A stretch of DNA of 64,000 bases from Euprymna scolopes (lineage: Eukaryota): NCBI GenBank assembly GCA_053919585.1, contig CM132809.1. One strand, written 5' to 3'. The notes below the pieces were generated by a model. The model saw only the letters and a list, made by a program, of their open reading frames with translations, made no database searches and was not told the origin of the DNA. A program made the translations under genes and the position numbers. Of the stretch, positions 12,188 through 25,296 are shown piece after piece (within the stretch, counting starts at the first letter, position 1; each line of letters opens with the position of its first letter).

Positions 12188-15100
12188 AGATATTTACTGT
12201 TGGTCAGACATTCTTTAATACGAGATATTTACTGCTGGTTAGACATTCTTTAATACGAGATATTTACTGCTGGTTGGACATTCTTTAATACGAGATATTT
12301 ACTGCTGGTTAGAAATTCTTTAATACGAGATATTTACTGCTGGTAAGACATTCTTTAATACGAGATATTTACTGCTGGTTCGACATTCTTTAATACGAGA
12401 AATTTACTGCTGGTTGGACATTCTTTAATACGAGATATTTACTGCTGGTTAGACATTCTTTAATACGAGATATTTACTGCTGGTTAGACATTCTTTAATA
12501 CGAGATATTTACTGCTGGTTGGACATTCTTTAATACGAGATATTTACTGCTGGTATGACATTATTTAATACGAGATATTTACTGCTGGTTGGACATTCTT
12601 TAATACGAGATATTTACTGCTGGTTGGGCATTCTTTAATACGAGATATTTACTGCTGGTTAGACATTCTTTAATACGAGATATTTACTGCTGGTTGTAAA
12701 TTCTTTAATACAAGATATTTACTGCTAGTTAGACATTCTTTAATACGAGATATTTACTGCTGGTTAGACATTCTTTAATACGAGATATTTACTGCTGGTT
12801 GTAAATTCTTTAATACGAGATATTTACTGCTGGTTGGACATTCTTTAATACGAGATATTTACTGCTGGTTAGACATTCTTTAATACGAGATATTTACTGC
12901 TGGTTAGACATTCTTTAATACGAGATATTTACTGCTGGTTAGACATTCTTTAATACGAGATATTTACTGCTGGTTAGACTTTCTTTAATACTCGATATTT
13001 ACTGCTGGTTAGACATTCTTTAATACGAGATATTTACTGCTGGTTGGGCATTCTTTAATACGAGATATTTACTGCTGGTTAGACATTCTTTAATACGAGA
13101 TATTTACTGCTGGTTAGACATTCTTTAATACGAGATATTTACTGCTGGTTAGACATTCTTTAATACGAGATATTTACTGCTGGTTGGACATTCTTTAATA
13201 CGAGATATTTACTGCTGGTTAGACATTCTTTAATACGAGATATTTACTGCTGGTTAGACATTCTTTAATACGAGATATTTACTGCTGGTTAGACATTCTT
13301 AAATACGAGATATTTACTGCTGGTTGGACATTCTTTAATACGAGATATTTACTGCTGGTTAGACATTCTTTAATACGAGATATTTACTGCTGGTTGGACA
13401 TTCTTTAATACGAGATATTTACTGCTGGTTAGACATTCTTTAATACGAGATATTTACTGCTGGTTGGACATTCTTTAATACGAGATATTTACTGCTGGTT
13501 AGACATTCTTTAATACGAGATATTTACTGCTGGTTGGACATTCTTTAATACGAGATATTTACTGCTGGTTAGACATTCTTTAATACGAGATATTTACTGC
13601 TGGTTGTAAATTCTTCATTACGAGATATTTACTGCTGGTTACACATTCTTTAATACGAGAAATTTACTGCTGGTTGTAAATTCTTTAATACTAGATATTT
13701 ACTGCTGGTTAGACATTCTTTAATACGAGATATTTACTGCTGGTTAGACATTCTTTAATACGAGATATTTACTGCTGGTATGACATTATTTAATACGAGA
13801 TATTTACTGCTGGTTAGACATTCTTTAATACGAGTTATTTACTGCTGGTTGGACATTCTTTAATACGAGATATTTACTGCTGGTTAGACATTCTTTAATA
13901 CGAGATATTTACTGCTGGTTGTAAATTCTTTAATACAAGATATTTACTGCTAGTAAGACATTCTTTAATACGAGATATTTACTGCTGGTTAGACATGCTT
14001 TAATACGAGATATTTACTGCTGGTTGTAAATTCTTTAATACAAGATATTTACTGCTGGTTAGACATTCTTTAATACGAGATATTTACTGCGGGTTGTAAA
14101 TTCTTAAATACGAGATATTTACTGCTGGTTAGACATTCTTTAATACGAGATATTTACTGCTGGTTGGACATTCTTTAATACGAGATATTTACTGCTGGTT
14201 GGACATTCTTTAATACGAGATATTTACTGCTGGTTAGACATTCTTTAATACGAGATATTTACTGCTGGTTAGACATTCTTTAAGACGAGATATTTACTGC
14301 TGGTTGGACATTCTTTAATACGAGATATTTACTGCTGGTGGGACATTCTGTAATACGAGATATTTACTGCTGGTTGGACATTCTTTAATACGAGATATTT
14401 ACTGCTGGTTAGACATTCTTTAATACGAAATATTTACTGCTGGTTAGACATTCTTTAATACGAGATATTTACTGCTGGTAAGACATTCTTTAATACGAGA
14501 TATTTACTGCTGGTTAGAGATTCTTTAATACGAGATATTTACTGCTGGTTGTAAATTCTTTAATACTAGATATTTACTGCTGCTTGGACATTCTTTTATA
14601 CGAGATATTTACTGCTGGTTAGACATTCTTTAATACGAGATATTTACTGCTGGTAAGACATTCTTTAATACGAGATATTTACTGCTGGTTAGACATTCTT
14701 TAATACGAGATATTTACTGCTGGTTGGACATTCTCTATAATACGAGATATTTACTGCTGGTTAGACATTCTTTAATACGAGATATTTACTGATGGGGTGA
14801 CATTCTTTAATACAAGATATTTACTGCTGGTTAGACATTCTTTAATACGAGATATTTACTGCTGGTTAGACATTCTTTAATACGAGATATTTACTGCTGG
14901 TTGTAAATTCTTTAATACAAGATATTTACTGCTGGTTAGACATTCTTTAATACGAGATATTTACTGCTGGTTAGACATTCTTTAATACGAGGTATTTACT
15001 GCTGGTTAGACATTCTTTAATACGAGATATTTACTGCTGGTTGGACATTCTTTAATACGAGATATTTACTGCTGGTTGTAAATTCTTTAATACGAGATAT

Positions 15101-18100
15101 TTACTGCCGGTTAGACATTCTTTAATACGAGATATTTACTGCTGGTTGGACATTCTTTAATACGAGATATTTACTGCTGGTTGGACATTCTTTAATACGA
15201 GATATTTACTGCTGGTTTGACATTCTTTAATACGAGATATTTACTGCTGGTTGGACATTCTTTAAGACGAGATATTTACTGCTGGTTGGACATTCTTTAA
15301 TACGAGATATTTACTGCTGGTGGGACATTCTTTAATACGAGATATTTACTGCTGGTTGGACATTCTTTAATACGAGATATTTACTGCTGGTTAGACATTC
15401 TTTAATACGAGATATTTACTGCTGGTTAGACATTCTTTAAGACGAGTTATTTACTGCTGGTTGGACATTCTTTAATACGAGATATTTACTGCTGGTGGGA
15501 CATTCTTTAATACGAGATATTTACTGCTGGTTAGACATTCTTTAATACGAGATATTTACTGCTGGTTAGAGATTCTTTAATACGAGATATTTACTGCTGG
15601 TTGTAAATTCTTTAATACGAGATATTTACTGCTGGTTAGACATTCTTTAATACGAGATATTTACTGCTGGTTGGACATTCTTTAATACGAGATATTTACT
15701 GCTGGTTAGAGATTCTTTAATACGAGATATTTACTGCTGGTTGTAAATTCTTTAATACTAGATATTTACTGCTGCTTGGACATTCTTTTATACGAGATAT
15801 TTACTGCTGGTTAGACATTCTTTAATACGAGATATTTACTGCTGGTAAGACATTCTTTAATACGAGATATTTACTGCTGGTTAGACATTCTTTAATACGA
15901 TGAAATTTACTGCTGGTTGGACATTCTTTAATACGAGATATTTACTGCTGGTTAGACATTCTTTAATACGAGATATTTACTGCTGGTTGTAAATTCTTTA
16001 ATACAAGATATTTACTGCTGGTTAGACATTCTTTAATACTCGATATTTACTGCTGGTTAGACATTCTTCAATACGAGATATTTACTGCTGGTTGTAAATT
16101 CTTTAATACAAGATATTTACTGCTGGTTAGACATTCTTTAATACGAGATATTTACTGCTGGTTAGACATTCTTTAATACGAGATATTTACTGCTGGTTAG
16201 ACATTCTTTAATACGAGATATTTACTGCTGGTTAGACATTCTTTAATACGAGATATTTACTGCTGGTAAGACATTCTTTAATACGAGATATTTACTGCTG
16301 GTTAGACATTCTTTAATACGAGATATTTACTGCTGGTTGGACATTCTTTAATACGAGATATTTACTGCTGGTTAGACATTCTTTAATACGAGATATTTAC
16401 TGCTGGTTGTAAATTCTTTAATACAAGATATTTACTGCTGGTTAGACATTCTTTAATACGAGATATTTACTGCTGGTTAGACATTCTTTAATACGAGATA
16501 TTTACTGCTGGTTGTAAATTCTTTAATACGAGATATTTACTGCTGGTTAGACATTCTTTAATACGAGATATTTACTGCTGGTTGTAAATTCTTTAATACG
16601 AGATATTTACTGCTGGTTAGACATTCTTTAATACGAGATATTTACTGCTGGTTAGACATTCTTTAATACGAGATATTTACTGCTGGTTGGACATTCTTTA
16701 ATACGAGATATTTACTGCTGGTATGACATTATTTAATACGAGATATTTACTGCTGGTTGGACATTCTTTAATACGAGATATTTACTGCTGGTTGTAAATT
16801 CTTTAATACGAGATATTTACTGCCGGTTAGACATTCTTTAATACGAGATATTTACTGCTGGTTTGACATTCTTTAATACGAGATATTTACTGCTGGTTGG
16901 ACATTCTTTAATACGAGATATTTACTGCTGGTTAGACATTCTTTTATACGAGATATTTACTGCTGGTTAGACATTCTTTAAGACGAGATATTTACTGCTG
17001 GTTGGACATTCTTTAATACGAGATATTTACTGCTGGTGGGACATTCTTTAATACGAGATATTTACTGCTGGTTGGACATTCTTTAATACGAGATATTTAC
17101 TGCTGGTTAGACATTCTTTAATACGAGATATTTACTGCTGGTTAGACATTCTTTAAGACGAGTTATTTACTGCTGGTTGGACATTCTTTAATACGAGATA
17201 TTTACTGCTGGTTGGACAGTCTTTAATACGAGATATTTACTGCTGGTTGGACATTCTTTAATACGAGATATTTACTGCTGGTTATACATTCTTTAATACG
17301 AAATATTTACTGCTGGTTAGACATTCTTTAATACGAGATATTTACTGCTGGTTGTAAATTCTTTAATACGAGATATTTACTGCTGGTTAGACATTCTTTA
17401 ATACGAGATATTTACTGCTGGTTGGACATTCTTTAATACTAGATATTTACTGCTGGTTGGACATTCTTTTATACGAGATGTTTACTGCTGGTTAGACATT
17501 CTTTAATACGAGATATTTACTGCTGGTAAGACATTCTTTAATACGAGATATTTACTGCTGGTTGGACATTCTTTAATACGAGATATTTACTGCTGGTTGG
17601 ACATTCTTTAATACGAGATATTTACTGCTGGTTAGACATTCTTTAATACGAGATATTTACTGCTGGTTAGACATTCATTAATACGAGATATTTACTGCTG
17701 GTTGGACATTCTTTAATACGAGATGCTTACTGCTGGTGGGACATTTTTTAATACGAGATATTTACTGCTTGTTGGACATTCTTTAATACGAGAAATTTAC
17801 TGCTGGTTGTAAATTCTTTAATACGAGATATTTACTGCTGGTTGGACATTCTTTAATACTAGATATTTACTGCTGGTTGGACATTCTTTAATACGAGATA
17901 TTTACTGCTTGTTGGACATTCATTAATACGAGATATTTACTGCTGGTTAGACATTCTTTAATACGAGATATTTACTGCTGGTTGGACATTCATTAATACG
18001 AGATATTTACTGCTGGTTGGACATTCTTTAATACTAGATATTTACTGCTGGTTAGACATGCTTTAATACGAGATATTTACTGCTGGTTGGACATTCTTTA

Positions 18101-21100
18101 ATACGAGATATTTACTGCTGGTTAGACATTCATAATTACGAGATATTTACTGCTGGTTGGACATTCTTTAATACGAGATATTTACTGCTGGGGTGACATT
18201 CTTTAATACGAGATATTTACTGCTGGTTAGACATTCATTAATACGAGATATTTACTGCTGGTTGGACATTCTTTAATACGAGATATTTACTGCTGGTTGG
18301 ACATTCTTTAATACGAGATATTTACTGCTGGTTGGACATTCTTTAATACGAGATATTTACTGCTGGTTGGACATTCATTAATACGAGATATTTACTGCTG
18401 GTTGGACATTCTTTAATAGGAGATATTTACTGCTGGTTGGACATTCTTTAATACGAGATATTTACTGCTGGTTAGAGATTCTTTAATACGAGATATTTAC
18501 TGCTGGTTGTAAATTCTTTAATACTAGATATTTACTGCTGGTTGGACATTCTTTAATACGAGATATTTACTGCTGGTTGGACATTCTTTAATACGAGATA
18601 TTTACTGCTGGTTGGACATTCATTAATACGAGATATTTACTGCTGGTTGGACATTCTTTAATACGAGATATTTACTGCTGGTTGGACATTCATTAATACG
18701 AGATATTTACTGCTGGTTGGACATTCTTTAATACGAGATATTTACTGCTGGTTGGACATTCTTTAATACGAGATATTTACTGCTGGTTGGACATTCATTA
18801 ATACGAGATATTTACTGCTGGTTGGACATTCTTTAATACGAGATATTTACTGCTGGTTGGACATTCATTAATACGAGATATTTACTGCTGGTTAGACATT
18901 CTTTAATACGAGATATTTACTGCTGGTTAGACATTCTTTAATACGAGATATTTACTGCTGGTTAGACATTCTTTAATACGAGATATTTACTGCTGGTTGG
19001 ACATTCTTTAATACTAGATATTTACTGCTGGTTAGACATTCTTTTATACGAGATATTTACTGCTGGTTAGACATTCTTTTATACGAGATATTTACTGCTG
19101 GTTAGACATTCTTTAATACGAGATATTTACTGCTGGTTGGACATTCATTAATACGAGATATTTACTGCTGGTTGGACATTCTTTAATACGAGATACTTAC
19201 TGCTGGTTGGACATTCTTTAATACGACATATTTACTGCTTGTTTGACATTCTTTAATACGAGAAATTTACTGCCGGTTGTAAATTCTTTAATACGAGATA
19301 TTTACTGCTGGTTGGACATTCTTTAATACGAGATATTTACTGCCGGTGAGACATTCATAAATACGAGATATTTACTGCTGGTTGGACATTCATTAATACG
19401 AGATATTTACTGCTGGTTGGACATTCTTTAATAGGAGATATTTACTGCTGGTTAGACATTCTTTAATACGAGATATTTACTGCTGGTTAGAGATTCTTTA
19501 ATACGAGATATTTACTGCTGGTTAGACATTCTTTAATACTAGATATTTACTGCTGGTTGGACATTCTTTAATACGAGATATTTACTGCTGGTTAGACATT
19601 CTTTAATACGAGATATTTACTGCTGGTTAGACATTCTTAAATACGAGATATTTACTGCTGGTTAGACATTCTTTAATACGAGATATTTACTGCTGGTTAG
19701 ACATTCTTTAATACGAGATATTTACTGCTGGTTGGACATTCTTTAATACGAGATATTTACTGCTGATTCGACATTCTTTAATACGAGATATTTACTGCTG
19801 GTTAGACATGCTTTAATACGAGATATTTACTGCTGGTTGGACATTCTTTAATACGAGATATTTACTTCTGGTTAGAGATTCTTTAATACGAGATATTTAC
19901 TGCTGGTTGGACATTCTTTAATACGAGATATTTACTGCTGGTTGGACATTCTTTCATACGAGATATTTACTGCTGGTTAGACATTCTTTAATACGAGATA
20001 TTTACTGCTGGTAAGACATTCTTTAATACGAGATATGTACTGGTGGTTGGACATTCTTTAATACGAGATATTTACTGCTCGTTGGACATTCTTTAATACG
20101 AGATATTTACTGCTGGTTAGACATTCTTTAATACGAGATATTTACTGCTGGTAAGACATTCATACATACGAGATATTTACTGCTGGTTGGACATTCTTTA
20201 ATACGAGATACTTACTGCTGGTTGGACATTCTTTAATACGAGATATTTACTGCTGGTTGGACATTCTTTAATACGAGAAATTTACTGCTGGTTGTAAATT
20301 CTTTAATACGAGATATTTACTGCTGGTTAGACATTCTTTAATACGAGATATTTACTGCAGGTTGGACATTCATTAATACGAGATATTTACTGCTGGTTGG
20401 ACATTCTTTAATACGAGATATTTACTGCTGGTTAGACATTCTTTAATACGAGATATTTACTGCTGGTTGGACATTAATTAATACGAGAAATTTACTGCTG
20501 GTTGGACATTCTTTAATACGAGATATTTACTGCTGGTTAGACATTCTTTAATACGAGATATTTACTGCTGGTTGGACATTCTTTAATACGAGATATTTAC
20601 TGCTGGGGTGACATTCTTTAATACGAGATATTTACTGCTGGTTAGACATTCTTTAATACGAGATATTTACTGCTGGTTGGACATTCTTTAATACGAGATA
20701 TTTACTGCTGGTTGGACATTCTTTTATACGAGATATTTACTGCTGATTCGACATTCTTTAATACGAGATATTTACTGCTGGTTAGACATTCTTTAATACG
20801 AGATATTTACTGCTGGTTGGACATTCTTTAATACGAGATATTTACTGCTGGTTGTAAATTCTTTAATACGAGATATTTACTGCTGGTTAGACATTCTTTA
20901 ATACGAGATATTTACTGCTGGTTGGACATTCTTTAATACGAGATATTTACTGCTGGTTGGACATTCTTTAATACGAGATATTTACTGCTGGTTAGACATT
21001 CTTAAATACGAGATATTTACTGCTGGTTAGACATTCTTTAATACGAGATATTTACTGCTGGTTGGACATTCTTTAATACGAGATATTTACTGCTGGTTAG

Positions 21101-23249
21101 ACATTCTTTAATACGAGATATTTACTGCTGGTTGGACATTCTGTAATACGAGATATTTACTGCTGGTTAGACATTCTTTAATACGAGATATTTACTGCTG
21201 GTTGGACATTCTTTAATACGATATATTTACTGCTGGTTGGACATTCTTTAATACGAGATATTTACTGCGTGTTAGACATTCTTTAATACGAGATATTTAC
21301 TGCTGGTTGCACATTCTTTAATACGAGGTATTTACTGCTGGTTGGACATTCTTTAATACGAGATATTTACTGCTGGTTGGACATTCTTTAATACGAGATA
21401 TTTACTGCTGGTTGGACATTCTTTAATACGAGATATTTACTGCTGGTTGTAAATTCTTTAATACGAGATATTTACTGCTGGTTAGACATTCTTTAATACG
21501 AGATATTTACTGCTGGTTGGACATTCTTTAATACGAGATATTTACTGCTGGTTGTAACTTCTTTAATACGAGATATTTACTGCTGGTTAGACATTCTTTA
21601 ATACGAGATATTTACTGCTCGTTGGACATTCTTTAATACGAGATATTTACTGCTGGTTAGACATTCTTTAATACGAGATATTTACTGCTGGTAAGACATT
21701 CATACATACGAGATATTTACTGCTGGTTGGACATTCTTTAATACGAGATACTTACTGCTGGTTGGACATTCTTTAATACGAGATATTTACTGCTGGTTGG
21801 ACATTCTTTAATACGAGAAATTTACTGCTGGTTGTAAATTCTTTAATACGAGATATTTACTGCTGGTTAGACATTCTTTAATACGAGATATTTACTGCAG
21901 GTTGGACATTCATTAATACGAGATATTTACTGCTGGTTGGACATTCTTTAATACGAGATATTTACTGCTGGTTAGACATTCTTTAATACGAGATATTTAC
22001 TGCTGGTTGGACATTCATTAATACGAGAAATTTACTGCTGGTTGGACATTCTTTAATACGAGATATTTACTGCTGGTTAGACATTCTTTAATACGAGATA
22101 TTTACTGCTGGTTGGACATTCTTTAATACGAGATATTTACTGCTGGGGTGACATTCTTTAATACGAGATATTTACTGCTGGTTAGACATTCTTTAATACG
22201 AGATATTTACTGCTGGTTGGACATTCTTTAATACGAGATATTTACTGCTGGTTGGACATTCTTTTATACGAGATATTTACTGCTGATTCGACATTCTTTA
22301 ATACGAGATATTTACTGCTGGTTAGACATTCTTTAATACGAGATATTTACTGCTGGTTGGACATTCTTTAATACGAGATATTTACTGCTGGTTGTAAATT
22401 CTTTAATACGAGATATTTACTGCTGGTTAGACATTCTTTAATACGAGATATTTACTGCTGGTTGGACATTCTTTAATACGAGATATTTACTGCTGGTTGG
22501 ACATTCTTTAATACGAGATATTTACTGCTGGTTAGACATTCTTTAATACGAGATATTTACTGCTGGTTAGACATTCCTTAATACGAGATATTTACTGCTG
22601 GTTGGACATTCTTTAATACGAGATATTTACTGCTGGTTAGACATTCTTTAATACGAGATATTTACTGCTGGTTGGACATTCTGTAATACGAGATATTTAC
22701 TGCTGGTTAGACATTCTTTAATACGAGATATTTACTGCTGGTTGGACATTCTTTAATACGATATATTTACTGCTGGTTGGACATTCTTTAATACGAGATA
22801 TTTACTGCGTGTTTGACATTCTTTAATACGAGATATTTACTGCTGGTTGCACATTCTTTAATACGAGGTATTTACTGCTGGTTGGACATTCTTTAATACG
22901 AGATATTTACTGCTGGTTGGACATTCTTTAATACGAGATATTTACTGCTGGTTGGACATTCTTTAATACGAGATATTTACTGCTGGTTGTAAATTCTTTA
23001 ATACGAGATATTTACTGCTGGTTAGACATTCTTTAATACGAGATATTTACTGCTGGTTGGACATTCTTTAATACGAGATATTTACTGCTGGTTGTAACTT
23101 CTTTAATACGAGATATTTACTGCTGGTTAGACATTCTTTAATACGAGATATTTACTGCTGGTTGGACATTCTTTAATACGAGATATTTACTGTTGGTTGT
23201 AAATTCTTTAATACCAGATCTTAACTGCTAGTTGGACATTCTTTAATAC
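12188..23249. repeat. 35-bp tandem satellite, about 315 copies; consensus gagatatttactgctggtt(a/g)gacattctttaatac
   Basis: Directly visible head-to-tail array with no spacers. I saw only two register shifts, +2 nt near 14735 and +1 nt near 15901. Confidence 0.99.
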
Positions 23250-23491
23250 TGGGTCGGGAGAGTCACGCAGTATCTGGAAAAGTCGCGTATTACTCAATTT
23301 CTATTCCTCTACAAGTGATGGCGTTGAGAGTTTAAACTTCGTTTATGAACTATATAGTGCCACGTTTGTCAGAGAATTAGACCCCCCCCCAACCATTTCT
23401 TCATAAACTTGTTGATCAGGCAAACTGTTATAAGTGATATTCCATAAATCTGAATTGGCCATGAAAACTTTGGAATTAATCGAAAGTAATT

Positions 23492-23770
23492 ACGGTCCTG
23501 GATATGACCTTAAACTATATCCAATGGTGAGCCCCCAGCTTTCGGGCTTTGGGGAGTGTAGAGCTATCCTTCAATTGCCATTGCTCGAAGGTCCACTCTG
23601 ACCCGGAGTGGTAGTACCTGTTAGGGTCCCAACTATGGGTTAAATAGAAACCGACTTGAAAACAACAAATATATTCTATTAAAAAATCCTTCTTCAAAAT
23701 CTTTGGATTCGGCGTTAAATAACCTGAAAAGGGTTGATATGCCGTAAAACAAAAACAGCCAATAAACAAA
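23492..23770 (+). mobile_element. 5'-truncated SINE-like insertion inside the HERO-like ORF
   Basis: It interrupts the ORF between KMWCNYF and LIPKFSW, is flanked by an imperfect 13-bp duplication (atcgaaagtaatt 23479-91; attcaaagtaatt 23771-83) and ends in an A/C-rich tail. The core gtcctggatatgaccttaaact...ggtccactctgacccggagtggtagtacctg resembles widespread invertebrate SINE bodies from memory; family not verified. Confidence 0.65.
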
Positions 23771-24357
23771 ATTCAAAGTAATTGCACCACATCTTGTCTT
23801 TGTTAGGAGGCACACTTATCAATTGAGCGTAATCCATCTTTTAGCATTCGTAGTAGGTCCTGCAATCAGTGTTGATCAGTCAGAAGTCGAGAATGACAGT
23901 GACCAAGGGTTTTGAAGCACTTTTCGCAGGTTATGGGGCCTGTTTCCGTCCACAAAGAATGTTGTTTCTCTGCCGATTCCTTTAAAAATTGATGAACTTC
24001 GACATTTAAATGACTTTATTTTTATCGCGCCCCATTTAAACAGTCTAAATAATAATATAATAATATAAATAATTTGATTTATTTACAAAAGCTTAGGTTT
24101 TTATATGCTTATGTAATAAATTGTACATAATTTTCTGCTAAAATAATTACACGGGCATTAAGAATTTTTTAAAGCCTCTGCGTAAGCTGTAATAATATGA
24201 GGCGTATGCAGTTTAATTCAGTTAAAGACCAATGTGGTAAAGAGGAAACTGGAGCTTTTCATGGAGCTTGTTTTGGATGAAGATGAAGAACTAGAAGTAC
24301 TAAATACACAATATACCGAGTGAAACGAGAAAAATACTTTTAATCAGACTTGACATG

Positions 24358-24425
<68 letters not shown>

Positions 24426-24501
24426 TTGTACTCTTTTGTAGAAAAAGAAATCCCATACAGTGCTCTATTATTAGGGAAAAACCTTTCTCGAAATAAGAGC
24501 A

Positions 24502-24756
24502 ATATATTTTTTTGTATAATATATACAGGAATTTACATCGGTAGTCGGTACCGACGGTTTCAAGCCCAGTATGTGAGGACTGCTCTTAATGTCCGTCTCA
24601 GGCTCTCTTCAGCCGACACTCATCTGATGATGAGATGAGAGTCGGCTGAAGAGAGCCTGAGGCAGACATTAAGAGCAGTCCTCACATACTGGGCTTGAAA
24701 CCGTCGGTACCGACTACCGATGTAAATTCCTGTATATATTATACCAAAAAAATATA
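24502..24756. repeat. Near-perfect long inverted repeat (about 124-bp arms, 7-nt spacer), Penelope pLTR-like
   Basis: 24502-24625 is the reverse complement of 24633-24756 with only a few mismatches; the spacer is gatgatg. Confidence 0.97.
24640..24715 (+). ncRNA. Type I hammerhead ribozyme (mirror copy on the minus strand at about 24543-24617)
   Basis: Stem I AGUCGG (24640-45)/CCGACU (24710-15); core CUGAAGA (24646-52); stem II GAGCCU/GGGCUU; GAA; stem III ACC-guc-GGU; predicted cleavage after GUA at 24709. Confidence 0.8.
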
Positions 24757-25067
24757 TATATAGGTACAGAGAGTGAGAAAAAGAGAGAAAGGAAGAACGA
24801 TGTAGTAGTTTTGGTTTGTAAATGTGTTTACTATTATTAGTATATTGTCTGTGTTCCACTTTGCACACCAGCGCATACCTCCATGGATCCACTTTAGGAA
24901 ATGCGAGTATGCACTGGGAAAATTTCTGATCCAATGGAGCAAATGACGTAAGGGAATCAGATGGCTATCGAATAAAACAACACCTTCAACTTCCTGGTTA
25001 AAATGATTTGATAATGCCGGCAAAATAGGAAGGATATAGAAATCGAATTGTTGACTTAAGATAAAAA

Positions 25068-25117
<50 letters not shown>

Positions 25118-25219
25118 ATATATATATATATATATAGATATATATATATAAGAATGTTTAGTACCTACTCACACTAGTGCTTTATCTTTTCGGAGCAATC
25201 AGTGCAGGAAGATATGAGA

Positions 25220-25296
25220 TGCCGCAGGTCGTGGGATTCGAAGCTCATTAGGAATCCAAGTCTGCATCCATTACCAAGGAACAAACCACAGGGCCC
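25220..25296 (-). mobile_element. Degenerate tRNA-derived SINE head
   Basis: The minus strand has a B-box-like cttcgaatccc and a tRNA-like layout, but no intact cloverleaf. Confidence 0.35.

Larger units (their letters stand above)
9780..24046 (-). mobile_element. Decayed RLE-bearing non-LTR retrotransposon (HERO/R2-like), 5' truncated, interrupted by a SINE-like insert, a satellite array and a CR1-type LINE
   Basis: Manual minus-strand translation, in order: LFKWGAIKIKSFKCRSSSIFKG..KTLG..LTDQH..LKDGLRSIDKC..KDKMWC (24046-23775); LIPKFSWPIQIY..LTNVALYS..PSLVEE*KL..LFQILRDSPDPVLKNVQ (23480-23230); SGRK*KAK..ESVLKMQEIVGS..QGAWT..ITWRDLK..LPT (12190-11860); CCHC-type CGKTDNLKKILTEC..SYT*RHNEVL; PD..ELSVPF..AHQRKLERY, the RLE motif (11505-11400); EC..GFIGSN (9880-9810). 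The 3' boundary is approximate. Confidence 0.88.

Noticed and set aside
12188-23249. CRISPR array (35-bp repeat length is CRISPR-like)
   Set aside because: Units are head-to-tail with no unique spacers, there are no cas genes, the context is eukaryotic, and the monomer derives from the flanking retroelement ORF.
12188-23249. Repetitive protein-coding region
   Set aside because: The 35-bp period is not a multiple of three, each unit has stop codons on both strands, and the ORF track shows nothing here.
24426-24934. Two ORFs sharing IIYTGIYIGSRYRRFQAQYVRTALNV, with a YIG-like motif
   Set aside because: They are the two arms of one palindrome read on opposite strands. No further GIY-YIG residues are present.
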